Assembly: GCA_002104905.1 (NCBI GenBank)
Contig: MCFE01000030.1
Coordinates: 160,927 to 224,926 of the forward strand
Origin: Basidiobolus meristosporus CBS 931.73
Lineage: Eukaryota; Fungi; Basidiobolomycota
DNA: 64,000 bases
Direction: 5' to 3'
The notes below the pieces were generated by a model that was given only the letters and a program-made list of their open reading frames with translations, made no database searches and was not told the origin of the DNA. This document shows, one piece after another, positions 12,857-25,824 of the stretch. The position numbers were made by a program, and so were the translations under genes. The stretch's first letter is position 1. Each line of letters opens with the position of its first letter.

Positions 12857-14869
12857 AATTTATGATTAGCAGACTGATATATATATATCATGCCTGGAAT
12901 ATGTCCAGATATCTCATTTTCAGTGGGAGTTGTCAGCCAGCCTAATCCAAATTATGTATCTGAGCATATTGCAGCAGTTAGGCAGATTATTAGACATCTA
13001 AAAGGAATGGCTAATATCTGCTTAAGGTACGCCTTTAAAGATCCAGTATGGGATCTTGTAGGATACTATGATGCTGATTGGAGACAAAATTCTGAAGACA
13101 GAAGATCCACAACAATATTCATCTCACTGTTCAGGAGCAATAGTGTGGATTTCAATGAGGAATAACTTAGTTAACTTAGTTTCTTGTCCTACAGATGAAA
13201 TGATTGCAGTCACATTTACCAAACCATTGGCTTGAGACAAGTTGGAATATCTTAGGTCACAATTAGCACTAGTCAGTATATCCATTTAGCTGATTGGGAG
13301 TGTTGTAAGAGTTTGTAATTCCACCTGAATATTCACCTAACTTAGTCACTTAGATCATCACCTACAGATTTTTGGGAATGCTGACCACATTCCTTGTCGG
13401 GGTTTACTTAGAATATTTTCACCAAATTAGAGGTACCCAGAACATGAAAATCCTTGAAGTTGTCCAACCAGCCACAAGCTTTGCACACATACTCTTGGGC
13501 ACTTTGTAAACATTTTCTATATGCCTATTATGCTAAGGCCATGTCAAAGTACAAATACTACTTTTGCATATGATAAATCATTGGGTGAAAGGCATATAAT
13601 CTACATGTTTTCCCAATCACTTTGAATATCTCCAAGACTCTTAAATCATAAGCAACAGCAATTAACAATATCATATAGGTGTGCTGTTATTATCTCCCTG
13701 GCTCTCCCAATATGTTTTGAGCCCTTTGTTATCAATCTCTGATGTGCCTGATACTGCTATAGTTGGTAGTTGGAATATCTAGCTCATATCAAAACATTGA
13801 CTTATCTTGAGCTTTTATATAGCATAATGCTATGGCACTACCTGATGTGTTGGAGCACTCTGGATGTATTAGAGAATACACATCATGCACCGGAGGCTGC
13901 AAAGGAAAAAATACTTCATCAAGTAAACCTCTTGACAGCTTGGTCTATATGTGAATCCACCTACTACTCTATCTTGGTTTATAGCAACTGTGCAATATTA
14001 TGCAAAAAAAATTCAGCTAAATCAGCAGACCAAGGAAAGAACATTTGGCAAGACTGCATTGGGCAAAATATAGGAGATGATCTTGCACCCCAAGCTCATT
14101 GTTGCACAGGATTCAAGGACTACAGATACATTAATTCAAACACTAGCTAAAGAAAAGCTCAGTAGAGCCCCCAGTTGAGCATTCAGGTTTCTAAAGACTA
14201 ATGATACAATAAAAAATCTCTAATGATGGAGTAACTCAGGTGACTCTAAAGCACATGATTGTATAATAATTGGAAGGAATACTCATTATCCAGACATTGC
14301 AGAGGAACCCAAAGATATTGCAAAATATCAGAATGTATCAGACATGGATACCTGATATTTTGGTACACACTCATGGTTAATTCCAACAATATAAGATATG
14401 TAAGATATGATCAAGGTGATCAAGACAATAGAATATTTAGTTGCAATTACAAGATTCACATCGGTACTAAGCTAGCATTTCTGCTGTTCCATAGCAGCCT
14501 TTGTATTATATTACATTCTTACAAAATTTAGAGTCTCCTAGATCACCTTTTGAGAATTTGTAAACTGGGTGGTAGAGACTTTGCTGGAAGTACGCAGAGT
14601 CAATTCTAGCCTAGGGATTGGTCTGGAAAGTGGGACACATCACAGGCTGCATACATGGTTGGATGCAATCAAACCAGGGCTTAATAGCTCTGTCTATCCT
14701 GTTTTAAGTTAAGGTGCCAGATCTTACAGTGCTGGCTATAACCAGGACATAAGGGAGCCAGTAATCAACCAATGGCATAATGCCACAGGGTTCCTGTCAG
14801 AGTCTTAGGCAATGAGTAATTGAGTTAAGACACTTATTGCATGGTGGATTTACATGTTGTGTCTGAGTT

Positions 14870-15283
14870 TGGGCATGAGGTTAGTGTTGAGTATAGTGAG
14901 ATGTTTAGGTGAGTGCAATCCAAAATGAAGCTACTTCTGAGATTCATGAAAAATAGACCAAAATGTACACATGAAAAGTTAGAGCACCAGTTGGGTTAGG
15001 AAGTAAGGAATGTGAAAAAGAGGTAAAAGCTAATCAGTGTACACACACATAGGATTTGAGTGAGTGTACCAGACTAGAAAGTGAGAGAAATTACAGAAAA
15101 CCAATCAAAATCAACTTATGGATTGTAGTGATGAAAGATTTTGGCTAAGTTTTCTGTAAAATCTGATGTGTATTTTTCCAGTGGCTTTTATATAATAACC
15201 TATCAGCATCAATACCACTGAGGCATGGGATCTCAGCTTTGTGATAGCAATTTATGGGATCATCATATTTATTTTTTATAGGG
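14870..15283. mobile_element. Right-end fragment of the same CACTA family
   Basis: Aligns by eye to ~10370-11005 without the MITE, and ends in GGGATCATCATATTTATTTTTTATAGGG (TIR). Confidence 0.7.
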
Positions 15284-15618
15284 AGAACAAATCTGTGGAA
15301 TAGGCAATCTAGCAAGATCCTTATTAATGCTCAGCATATATATATAAGAGGACATCCATGATGAGGGATGTGCTTAGAGTACTACAAAAAGTGAACAAAG
15401 ATGCTACAGCACCACAGTGAGTAATCTAAGCACCATTTAAAAAAATACCATTATTGTATCCTATTACTGGCATCAAGACAAAAATTGTTATGCTAGATTG
15501 CTCTGGCACCAAAAGCTGCTAGGAACTATGCAACACTCTCCAAAAGAGAAAGTTAGCTGTATAGAAGCCACTTTCACATTGTATAAAGCAATTCACTAAA
15601 TCATATGATCTATATATT

Positions 15619-15967
15619 TGTTGTAAGAGTCTTGGAGATATTGGAAGTGATTTGGAGAACAAGTAGATTATGTGGTTTTCACTTAATGATTTATTGAATG
15701 TAAAAGTAGTATTGATACTTTAACCTGGTCTTGGCATTACAAACACGTAGAATAGGTTAAGGAAGGTCCCAAGAACATGTGTGCAAAGTTTGGGGCTGTT
15801 TGGACAACTTTGAGAATTTTCATGTTCTGGGTACCTGGTATTTTGGTGAAAATATTCCAAGTAAATCCCAACAAGGAATTTGGTCAGTATTCTCTAGGAT
15901 TTGAAGGTGATGATCTAAGTGACTAAGTTAGGTGAATATTTAGGTGGAAATACAAATTTTTACAACA
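15619..15967 (-). mobile_element. Solo Copia LTR (349 bp)
   Basis: TGTTGTAA..TTACAACA termini with a 5-bp TSD ATATT on both sides. Confidence 0.92.
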
Positions 15968-16263
15968 ATATTCTCTTGTAACTTCAAGTTCCTCCTTTGC
16001 CCTTATGTCAATAAGTATGCAGCTTTCTGATTAAGAGACAACCTTCAGTAATAGCAACAGTAGCCATTACAGAGAGTGACAGCTTAGGCTTTTCACTAGT
16101 TACCAAAGTTTTGGAAATATTGCAAGGAACCAGGATAACAGGCAGATATTGTGACTTTCACTCAGTGATATATTGAGTATAAAGTGGTATATGTATTTTT
16201 ACAGTGCCCTGGTAGAGCTGGCATATAGCTCATGCTTATTAAAGTCCAAAGAGCTTTTGTGTC

Positions 16264-16372
16264 TGGGGCTGTTTGGACAACTCTGAGACTTTCATGTTGT
16301 TGGAACCAGAGATTGTGATGAAATACTCTAGGCAAGTCCCAGTATGGAATTTCAGCAGAGTTCTCCAGGATT
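16264..16372 (-). mobile_element. Degenerate fragment of the same LTR family
   Basis: TGGGGCTGTTTGGACAACTCTGAGACTTTCATG.. matches the internal part of the LTR at 15619. Confidence 0.55.
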
Positions 16373-19300
16373 CTCAGACTTCTGCATATTTAATGCCAAT
16401 AAGCCAATACTTGGCTGCAGCCATAAGAGTTACTACAGTTCTCACCTGCTGATATATTCATTGTTAAAGCAAAACTGTTATTGTAAAGTCTGAGTAAAAT
16501 CAATATAATCAATTGGGGTATAAGATCAAAGTGCATACAGGCAAGGTTTAGTGACTTATAGGCAGCTGATTAAGTTATTATATCCTGGCCACATAGCATG
16601 CTTGTGTAATATCACCCAGGAGAAATTTGACTCAAGGCCAGCAGAAGACCACTATAGAATCAGCTAAATTCCAGGTTTCTCTGCACTAGCAACTCTCAGC
16701 ATTGCAGATACTAACTATTTAGCTGACAAGTAAACATATTCTTCCAGAGGAGACTAGGCTACATGGCATTTATACCTAATTTTTTGGCATGCTAATCAAT
16801 AGTTCCACCAGGAACTGCAACTAAAGATTTAAAGGAAAACACCAGCAGAATGCTAGCAAAATATCATTGGAATATTAGAGGACTACTGGCAGTTTTCAAG
16901 TGAACATCAAGTATGAGATTACTTATAGGGATCATTAGTGAGTCCCATCAATGAACTTGGGCATAGTATTCAGAGGTTTACAGACAATAATCCAAGTTAC
17001 TAAATTAATAGAGTATTGAGGTGTAATAGCAAAATTTACAACAGTGTATACCTGATGAAACATACTTGTTATTGGGAAGTGCACTTTTGGGACCTAGTTA
17101 GAAGAGCAATTGAGTTGTTTCCAAGTTTTCCTAAGCACCAAGAGCTTCATTTAGTTAAGTCCCCAAGTTGCCAGTAAGCTTAAGTCCTTTACCCGCAAAA
17201 AAAGACCAAAGGCCAGAAGAGTACCAGCAGAAAACCAAATTTCCTTAAAGCTGTAGCTCCCAATATCAGAAGTTCCAGCCGATTTTAGGACGAGTAGATC
17301 TATGACGTAGAAGGTGCTATACCTGAGGAATCCACATACCAATATGGTGACAATCAGCCCACTGACTCCAGAGATATTCACATTGGAAAAATTGACTGAG
17401 AAATACCAGTGGATAAAAATAGGAAACCCATGATTGATGTTTTTCATACAGTCGATTGTGAGGTTTGACGGTCCTCAATGATGCATTCAGCCGGGAAAGA
17501 AAAATAGGTAGTGATGTGGAGAGCAAACAGAACATTGGTAAGTTTCCGACATTTTCTCTCACACCCGGATCTCTGGAATCTGTATGAAAACAACCCTGAC
17601 GTGAACCTACTCCGCAAATGGTAAAATGCCTTATTTTATCCCGGCACAGTGCTCAAAGACCACGCTTTCTTGCTTGACTACCCACGGGCTAACCAGGGTC
17701 TACTTGCAACCGGGGGCCCTAGATTTGATTCTCACTCGGGCCAGAACATGCTCCTCAAAACGATTGCAACGACGGGCAATATAACAGTCAGGCTTGGGAT
17801 CAAAGACCGTGGTTCCCGTCGCAATATTCTGCATCAAGAACGCAGAAGTGCACATGCTATCAACATATGGGGATTTCACAATCACCTTACAGATTACTTG
17901 AAAATGGACTCCAAGTCTGAATAGCCTCATTGGTGCATCAAAGTGGTGTAGACATTGAAATGTCCGAAATTTCTCACGGCGGTCCGAAGACTCCCCTCCC
18001 CCCCCCAAAAAAAAAAGGCTTCGGACTTCTCTCGATGACCTTTGGCAGCAGATTTCAATGGTTAGTCTGACAACGCTTTACCCAGTACACGAATCAATCA
18101 TATTTGCTCAGCAAACCGGCCATTGAGAAATCCACTCCCAGCAATCTCCATCCAATCACCTTCAAGCCTCAGCTCTTACGTGCCGAGCAATCCTGATCAA
18201 CATGGCAACAAACTAGGTGTAGGTTGCATGGTGGTAATTGACGTAGGGTCAAACATCGTCATGTACCTCCCGCTTAGTTTTCAGTACCCAGCAACCGGTA
18301 TAGCGTTGGGTCTGTCTGGATAGTGAAGGCTGCGAAAAGCAGTTTGGAGGCATGAGAAATCGAGTGGTTTGCGAATCCGTCCCGCCTGAGGAAACGTACT
18401 TTCAGGCCAGTCGACGGGGCGGAATAGACAACTTAAGCACACCCTCGATATTACCCCGCTAGTCAACCGTAACCCCTCATTCCCCGATGATTGTCGATCG
18501 AATGCCCGAATCACCAAACGATATCACCGTACAAAGAAACCTTGATTTGGGCAAATATTGGTGGACGGGCGTATCGACATCATCCGTCACTTCAAGTACA
18601 GACAGGGATCCAGGCAGCACATTCCCAGAATCCCGTGGGCTGATACTGCAGCGAAGACGGGTTCCAAGTCGATATTGGCGGGGAATTCGCCAGTAATTAC
18701 ACCATATCCGGGAAGAGCCACTTGCCACTCGCTGCCTTGGTATCGCCGGAAAATCCAGTTGGGTACCAGGTCTTCCCCTACCTCAAACCTACCCCTCCCC
18801 CGTGGCACAGCCTCGCCATAGATAGGTAAATTTCCATCTGGTGGGAACCGCTCCGGACCGGAAATCGTGCGTCCATTCGACCTACCATCACCGTATTGGT
18901 GTATCGTGGAAGGAGGTGACTTGAGCGATTTCCCAAAGAACACTCGGTTCCACATGCATGGCTCGGTGCTCACGAAGTTGAGTGACTCCAAATCGGCTCA
19001 AACAGTCATGGATTCATTCTACAGATCCTTGGATGTGTCCCACCGAGGTAACACACCCGTAACCGGCATCACCATTCCTACCGTGCTACCTAGACCACTC
19101 CCCTCTCAGAAACCGAATTCCACAGCAAACCAGGGAATTCTTCGACTGGACTGAGACTAGCACAGGGCTTCCGAAGCTTGTCGGTTGCATGACTCGCCTC
19201 GGTCATCTCCAGGGTCAAGCCGGTCTTAGACCATGAGGTTATTGGCCTGGCCTCCCGCATAGGCAAGCTCAAGGCACCGTATGCGCACCCGCAGAAATAC

Positions 19301-20087
19301 AGTGGCAGCATCACTTTGATATCATACAAGCTCGGTTGTCAAACCTTGACTACGTATGGGCACACGACAGCCATCGGCCTTGACCGGAGATTGATCTGGG
19401 TGGATCTCCATTCCGAAAACCGGCCAAGGGCGATTTGCGAGCGCAAGAGAGCAGTGCAGTGGTCCATCAGGTGAGGGGATCCGGCATCCCCACACCATCC
19501 ATGATGAACCCACTCACACTGATCCTGAGGTTCATTAAACGTCATGTTCTACAACGGATGCCGTGGAACATCTCAATCTACCGGGCCCCTGGGTGCTAGC
19601 ACATATCCGGAGGTCAAATGGGACCTCAGCATCCGACCAAACAGCCAGCGGTTTTCGGGGTCCGTATCAATCAGGACCGAACCCGAAAAGGGGAAGATTT
19701 CCAAATCGGAGCATCCCATGCTGGCCAAAGCAGCCATGCCCTGGCCACGGCAGCGCCACGAAACATACAAGCTGGTGATGGTGGACAAACTCAGGTTTAA
19801 TATTTAGCAAAGAGTGGGAGATTGGGTGCACAATGAGTAACACGTTGGTAAATACGATGGATGTGTTCGGTCAAAGAGCGAACCATCTGGCATGGAGTCA
19901 AGAGTAAAGGTGCGTGGGAGAAGAGAATATTCACATTCTAAGTCGAGAATGACTGCGCGGAGAGAGGAACCAAAGGGAAGGCCCATAGGGGTGGTTGTGC
20001 AGGGTGTAAGGTCGCCCCCTTTGGGTACAGATGGGGGTTAGAGGTGGAGAAATGAGGGAGACAACTTCGATGACTATTCAAAATATC

Positions 20088-21807
20088 CTAACGAAGATTC
20101 CTTCCCCGGGGATTTGTGGGGACTCTTTCCATCTCGGCGTGTGGGATTAGGTGGGACATTCGTTGAGAATTAGGTATACGAGTTAAGGAGGGTGAGAGAG
20201 GTGGGATTTCGTGTGCACCTCTGATGCTGTTCCGATGAGAGATTGGACTTGGCTCTTGAGTGTTGCCATATGCTGCAAATGAATACATAGTAGAAGGGAG
20301 CGACATGGTCGAAGATGCCGACCTTACGCTGGAGTTTCTGGATAATGATGAGAATGCTGGTGTGCCTGGGCCTGGGCCACGGTGGATTATATGACTGTTG
20401 CTGAAATGGTTTTCTGAGGGTTGCTGGTACATCCCGGAGTAGCGGTCGGTTTTCTGATGCACGTAGTTGATCAACGGAGCGCTCGCCCGACTCTGATAGG
20501 CCATATCCGATTGAAATCGATGTGGTGGCTGAGGAGCCATCTCCACGAGCCGTTCCGGTGACAATGTGGTGAACTGAGCAGACATAGACCGGCCTTGTTC
20601 GGAATACATGGATGGATCGATTTCCGAATATTTCGAGTTCCTATACCTGGACTTCGCCTTTTTCTCCCGGAGTGCTTGCTCGGGTATCATCATCACGTTG
20701 TTCGGGTAGGAAGGGATCTCGCTCCGATTCTCCCGTGGTGTGAATTGGTATGGGTGTGGGCCAGGATAATGCAGATTGAATGGCACCTCGCTGGACATCT
20801 CACTGATGTTGTCCAGAGAGCTCGTTCGTCTACGACTGTGCATCGAGCTGGCATCATCATCGGAGTAGAATTCACTCTCATTGGGAATGAACTCTGCGTG
20901 TGCGGAAAAAGAGACGGATCGAACTCGCTCGGAGGGCTGCTTCGTGCTGGGTCTGGGCAGCGTAGGATTTCCCACTTTCGAATTGACTAATGGATTGGTT
21001 GAACACCAGGTCAGTCTAGAAATCGCTGGCGAGCTGCTTGAAAAGGCTTACATTTTTCCGTGGAATGTCCCGCATATCCTTTCTTTGTTAGCGCCGCTAG
21101 AGGAACGTTATCCTCTTCATCAGAATCTAGGTCTTCGCCTTGCATGAAGAGAGGTGTCCTTGGGGCCTTCATCTCAGTGTCCACTGGTGAAAATGCTACA
21201 GAGAGGATTAGTATTGGGTTGTCAGTAGACAGGGCGCGGGGAATACCTGGCAGAGCAGATCCTGCATGATGGTTTACTAGGACGATGCGAGGATGCTGCA
21301 TATGTTGTGCTATATCAGACGGCTCCTCGGGCTCGCTTTTCTCGGATATACTCTCCAGAGAGCTATTAGGACTTCCAAAGGCTTTGGTAGGGATCTCCTT
21401 GTCTAACAGGCAAAGTCAGCTTCACGACGGGACGAACAAGGAACTTCAGAAATCGCCTCACCTACACCCGCCTGCTTATCCTTATCATTGATCGCTTTGC
21501 TACGGGAGGTCTTCAAGCTGCTTTTCAACGGCTTGGGTGGTAAAGAGGCTTTCTTGGTGGGGCCATTCACACTTCTTGGACGAGAACCAGGCTCGTTGAC
21601 GACGGGAGATGCTAACGTAGACGTAGCCCTCGGGAGTCGATGGTTATTTGGGGGAAGATAGGAGTTTCGCATGTGACCAGCGGAACCAAGTCTTTGGTCC
21701 ATGACTTCAGGCCTTCCACCCATGGTCAACTGAAGTCGCGACATATATACAGGGATTCTTTCCATATTCTGTGCTAAAGTGAAGTCAGGCACACCGCGAC
21801 CAGACAT
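20088..21807 (-). CDS. Uncharacterised low-complexity Ser/Pro-rich protein, probably three exons
   Basis: ORFs 21403-21807, 21011-21301 and 20088-20975 can be joined by GT-AG introns. Contains an acidic DSDEEDNVPLA motif and a 295-codon last exon. No domain recognised; start uncertain. Confidence 0.6.
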
Positions 21808-24800
21808 GACGGGAAGAGGGGAGGTCGAGGGACAAATACCTCAGCAAGACGGGGGAATATTTGGGATTAAAGAAATTAACGGCCGCAACGGTTAAAGTTG
21901 TGCGGTAAAGGAAATCACTCGTATGGGAAGTGGGAGAATTGTATAGCGAAAGCGGAGGTGTGGGCAGCGGTTTTATTTTTAAATGAATGATCATGTAACC
22001 TGATCCATGACCCTTTCAGCTGCTCACCCGTGTGCAGCACTCTAGCGCCGATCCGAGTGAGGAACCTCTCACTATACTTGGTGTTCCAAACGCTAAACAT
22101 GGGATATCTATTACAAATAGTATATACCATCGATATGCCTACGTCGTCCCATCAAGCCATTCAAACTATTTGTTAACAGCACCTGTTGGTTCCAATGGAT
22201 CATGTGATTGGGGCTGGCCAAGTGCAACATACACTTCAACAGATATGGATCAGGATTATCGCACCATTTTGAATCCCCTCTCCCTTATCCTTACAATCAG
22301 TCTCAAAATAACGGAACCTACAGAACCCTATTCCAAATGGAAACTAATAACAAATTGGCAGGTTACAGGTGCGCAAGATTAATTGGGGGTATGGAAGACA
22401 ATGTCTATAGAGTAGAATATATTGATGCGACATCAAGTGTAACCAACGTTAAATTGAGGGAACACCATGTCATTTGCTAGTTCGCTGGATTAAGCATATG
22501 GACTGGAAACCACTAGATCGCATAGGTCTTCTCCGAATAAACTAGTCACTTGCATATGATGAGGTCCAGCACATGAACCAGCAATCGCTGCATATTGAAT
22601 TATGACTTTTACGTCCACTTGCAATGTGTTGAATCCAATCATAGCCTTACTGGATAAATGCCTGAAAAAGGCTGAATCCAAAATCCGCATCTAGTTGGGC
22701 CAATGGTTTGCCCAGACTAGAGTCTTTATCATATAAGGCTTCCCAGCTGCCGAATTTATGTGGTCTCAATGGAGGGGCTATTTCAACCGGCATGCTTGGC
22801 CACCGCCTTGGATTGGATCAGAGCGAGGCCAGCATCGTTGTGCTCCAAAACATGTGGTGGTTGCTTATGAGAGCCTCTTGTCGAGGAAACCACCCGGGAT
22901 GTTGTCAAGAGTGGAACGGGTATCAACCCAAAGCCCGCCATCGATGGCCAAGGTGAGGCGCCCACCTCATGTACGACGCTATTGTTTCGTGTTACACGCG
23001 CCCAGCTCTGCCAGGGTGGTCTCCGTCGAAACGCCTGACAGCGTGCATAGCATACAAAATCCAGTTGAAACGATTTAATATACATCCCCCGTGCTATCCA
23101 AAGGCCTCTGAGGGTCTAAGCATTGGGATGCCCTGGGAACCGGGTCTCAAGGGAACTCGCCGACATCCTCCAATGCCCTCGACCAGTGCTGGCTCGGCAA
23201 CTGTTTGTGTACAGCAGCGTTGTGGGTACCAAACAAACCATGGGCATTGATTTTCCTAGGTCTCAGATCAGATGAGGCGCCATTATTCATTCCCATAGAA
23301 TGATGTCGCTCGAAGTCATTTTCTGATTTTCTCCGAATCAGGGGTGTCTGAGAGCCGAATGGAATACGATCTAATACGAAGCATCTATTATGGCTGCGCT
23401 GATGTTTACGATCACTGGAACCTGACAATTGCTGTTATATGGACGTCCTGCGGAGATGATTGCCATTATTCCAATGGAATCCGCCCTGGTTGGAAGCGGC
23501 TATTAGAATGATCTCATATAGTAGTCGAATTGCACCAATGACCGCCCTCGCCCGCATTGCCGCTCTTCCATCGAATTGGTCAGAGATCAAACTCCTGTCT
23601 CTATTTGCACACACATATATTGGATGTTTGCCACAATGAAGATGTGTTTGCTCCTTAATACTGAAATAGGACAATGATGGGCACTGTTGAATCTCGCTAT
23701 TATTACTGGGCCAATGGAATCTCAAGGCCCAACTTTGTTTTAAAGCTATCACCCGTCGGCGCTGTATGAGTGCTCATTGCCGATGCAACAGAAAGGGGCA
23801 CGCCCCAAAAGAACGATACGTGACATGAAGTTGGCGCATAGGCTATCGGGGTAGCCCTCGTCTGATCTCTGGCTTGCCAATTCCACTGAGAGTGGTTGTC
23901 TGGTGCATGGACATCCTTTGCCTCCTGAGTCGTAGCAGCCAGGCGTCCGCATCGAAAGAGAATACTTCCTCGTGGGCACTTCTCAAAACACACATCCAAG
24001 TACCTGAGAAGCTGCTTGTAGGCAGTGGCTGAGTTTGGCCCGTGGGATATCCGTCATAAATGAGCTGGAAACTATTAGATCGCTTGATATCGTTTCGCAC
24101 AAGCCAATCAGCAAACGCCTCGACAGGCTAACAATAGCCAGAGTGTCAGAGACTGGCTCCTAGCAAGTCTAGAGCTGAGCTTGTCAGCTAGTACGATGCC
24201 AAACTAAAATCAATATGGAATCCCTGTCATATCTCTTGGCTATTAACCACATTTGAGGTTGGCCAGAAACACGGTTTATGAATTTGAAATTCCCGACTCC
24301 ATAACCCACAGATCTTCCAAGTGTGGAATATTAATCTATGTAACAGATCCAACTATAGCCACGCCAAGGCTAGGATAGATATTTCATATGCACAAATCAG
24401 GACACGCTAGTTGGGACGCCCCGAATAGTCAACACTCCATAACACAGGTGCCAACTTGGATGACCTCGCCATCCCACCACCCCATTGGTCATCGACCTGT
24501 TACAAGCTTCTCTTACTAATCATATCTCTAGGTTGGAGTTTTTCCGGATTAATCAACCCAAATCAGGCTAGAATGCCTAGTGCATCGCTGGAAAGCAATC
24601 GCCCATGCACCACTACAGCGCTACGCCAAGTGTGCACGCAGGTGTGTCCAAGTGTCGCCAGACTGAAGTCAGAGCGCATATATCTCACCTTCCCTCTTGG
24701 AAAAGTTTTTCGATGCACCCAATCCACCTGCCGCGGCGTATGTCCCCACCGTGTGGAGAAGTGAAGGTATAGAATGATCGCGCCGTTGTAACGCATCGAG

Positions 24801-25824
24801 TCTTTCAATACCTGAACTGACAAGATCGCCAGCATTATCTGTACGTATCACAGCCTGGGACGCCGCCAAATACTGATTGTCTTTCTGAGCACGAAACAGG
24901 TTTAGTCTGGCGCTCAGCACCGCCTTCCCCTTTCCACCATTCATTGCACGATAATGCGATCTGAATGAAGCCTTGATTTTGAATTGATATATTTGATGAC
25001 TGAGAGGGCATCGCTTAGGATTCTCGTGTAGTCCAGCACCCCAGCAACTCGCTACCGTCTGGAACTGGGTGAAGATGCTGAGCAATACTCGAATGCAGAT
25101 GCAAATACCACGACGCTACCGCTAGCATCCATATACAGTTCCCGCAGTGCAGACAGCCATCACGTCATCGTGCCGCTCCAACACTGGATGCTGTAAATGC
25201 AGCCTTGAAATTGACCAGGGAAATACCTGAATATCTTTGCAATGAATGCAAGGTCTTTCGCTCCTAATGATGTCTGCAGCACGGATCCATGCCGTGGTAT
25301 CGACCTGAATGGAGTGAGCTGGATTCCTTGATATGCCGGGCGAGGCATACGACTGACAATATAGACCAAGCCAGGAGTGCATGACAAGGCAGGCAACATC
25401 TTCAACGAAGACTTCCCAACATACCTAGACAACCTGGTGGTTGGAAAATCCCTTCGCCTTTGCAGCAAGCATGAGGATGCTACGGAGCAGCACGATGAGT
25501 GAGTCTCCCTATTGTCGCTGTGCCCGCGTAAGTCCCTCCTCCTGAAGGCCGGGCATATGGCCCACTTTTGATCATTCTCAATTCAGGTGATGTTCATTTA
25601 AGTAGTTTCCATTGAAAGTTTCTATAACGACACTATCATGCAAAAGATGGATTATTGAGAGGTGATATGGGTGGGAGGATACTGGTGATTTTCGAGAAAC
25701 GCATCAGCATGCCAATCAGTTGGAGCAAGGTAAATATGTAGATATGTGACTTCTAAGGCATCGTAGCTTTGACCGGGATTACCCGAAGAATGCTTCAGGA
25801 ATCGCAGGACAGATACTACACTCT

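Larger units (their letters stand above)
3440..13648 (+). mobile_element. Decayed Ty1/Copia LTR retrotransposon, interrupted by nested insertions
   Basis: 5' LTR at 3440-3495 plus 3850-4142, PBS-like GGCTATGAGCACC at 4143, and gag/protease remnants (DSGAS, DAVGEGTIQV) to ~5413. After the nested element come integrase (IHSDNNGQY, APYSPQQNGMTECANR), RT (KAALLN..MYIDQPDGF, YVDDLI, YYLGIKF) and RNase H (GYYDADW) remnants, PPT GATTGGGAG, and the 3' LTR at 13301-13648. Many stops and frameshifts. Confidence 0.88.

Noticed and set aside
13700-14860. Possible additional transposase remnants in the AT-rich tract (also 2200-3400 and 16400-17500)
   Set aside because: CpG-poor and TE-like, but no motif or terminus could be supported.
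17998-18016. C9A10 homopolymer pair and (TA)n runs near 30057 and 48294
   Set aside because: Ordinary microsatellites.
20595-20990. Antisense ORFs over real genes (e.g. 20595-20990+, 30984-31316-, 42309-42809+, 35685-35990+)
   Set aside because: They are shadows of coding sequence on the opposite strand, with no motifs.
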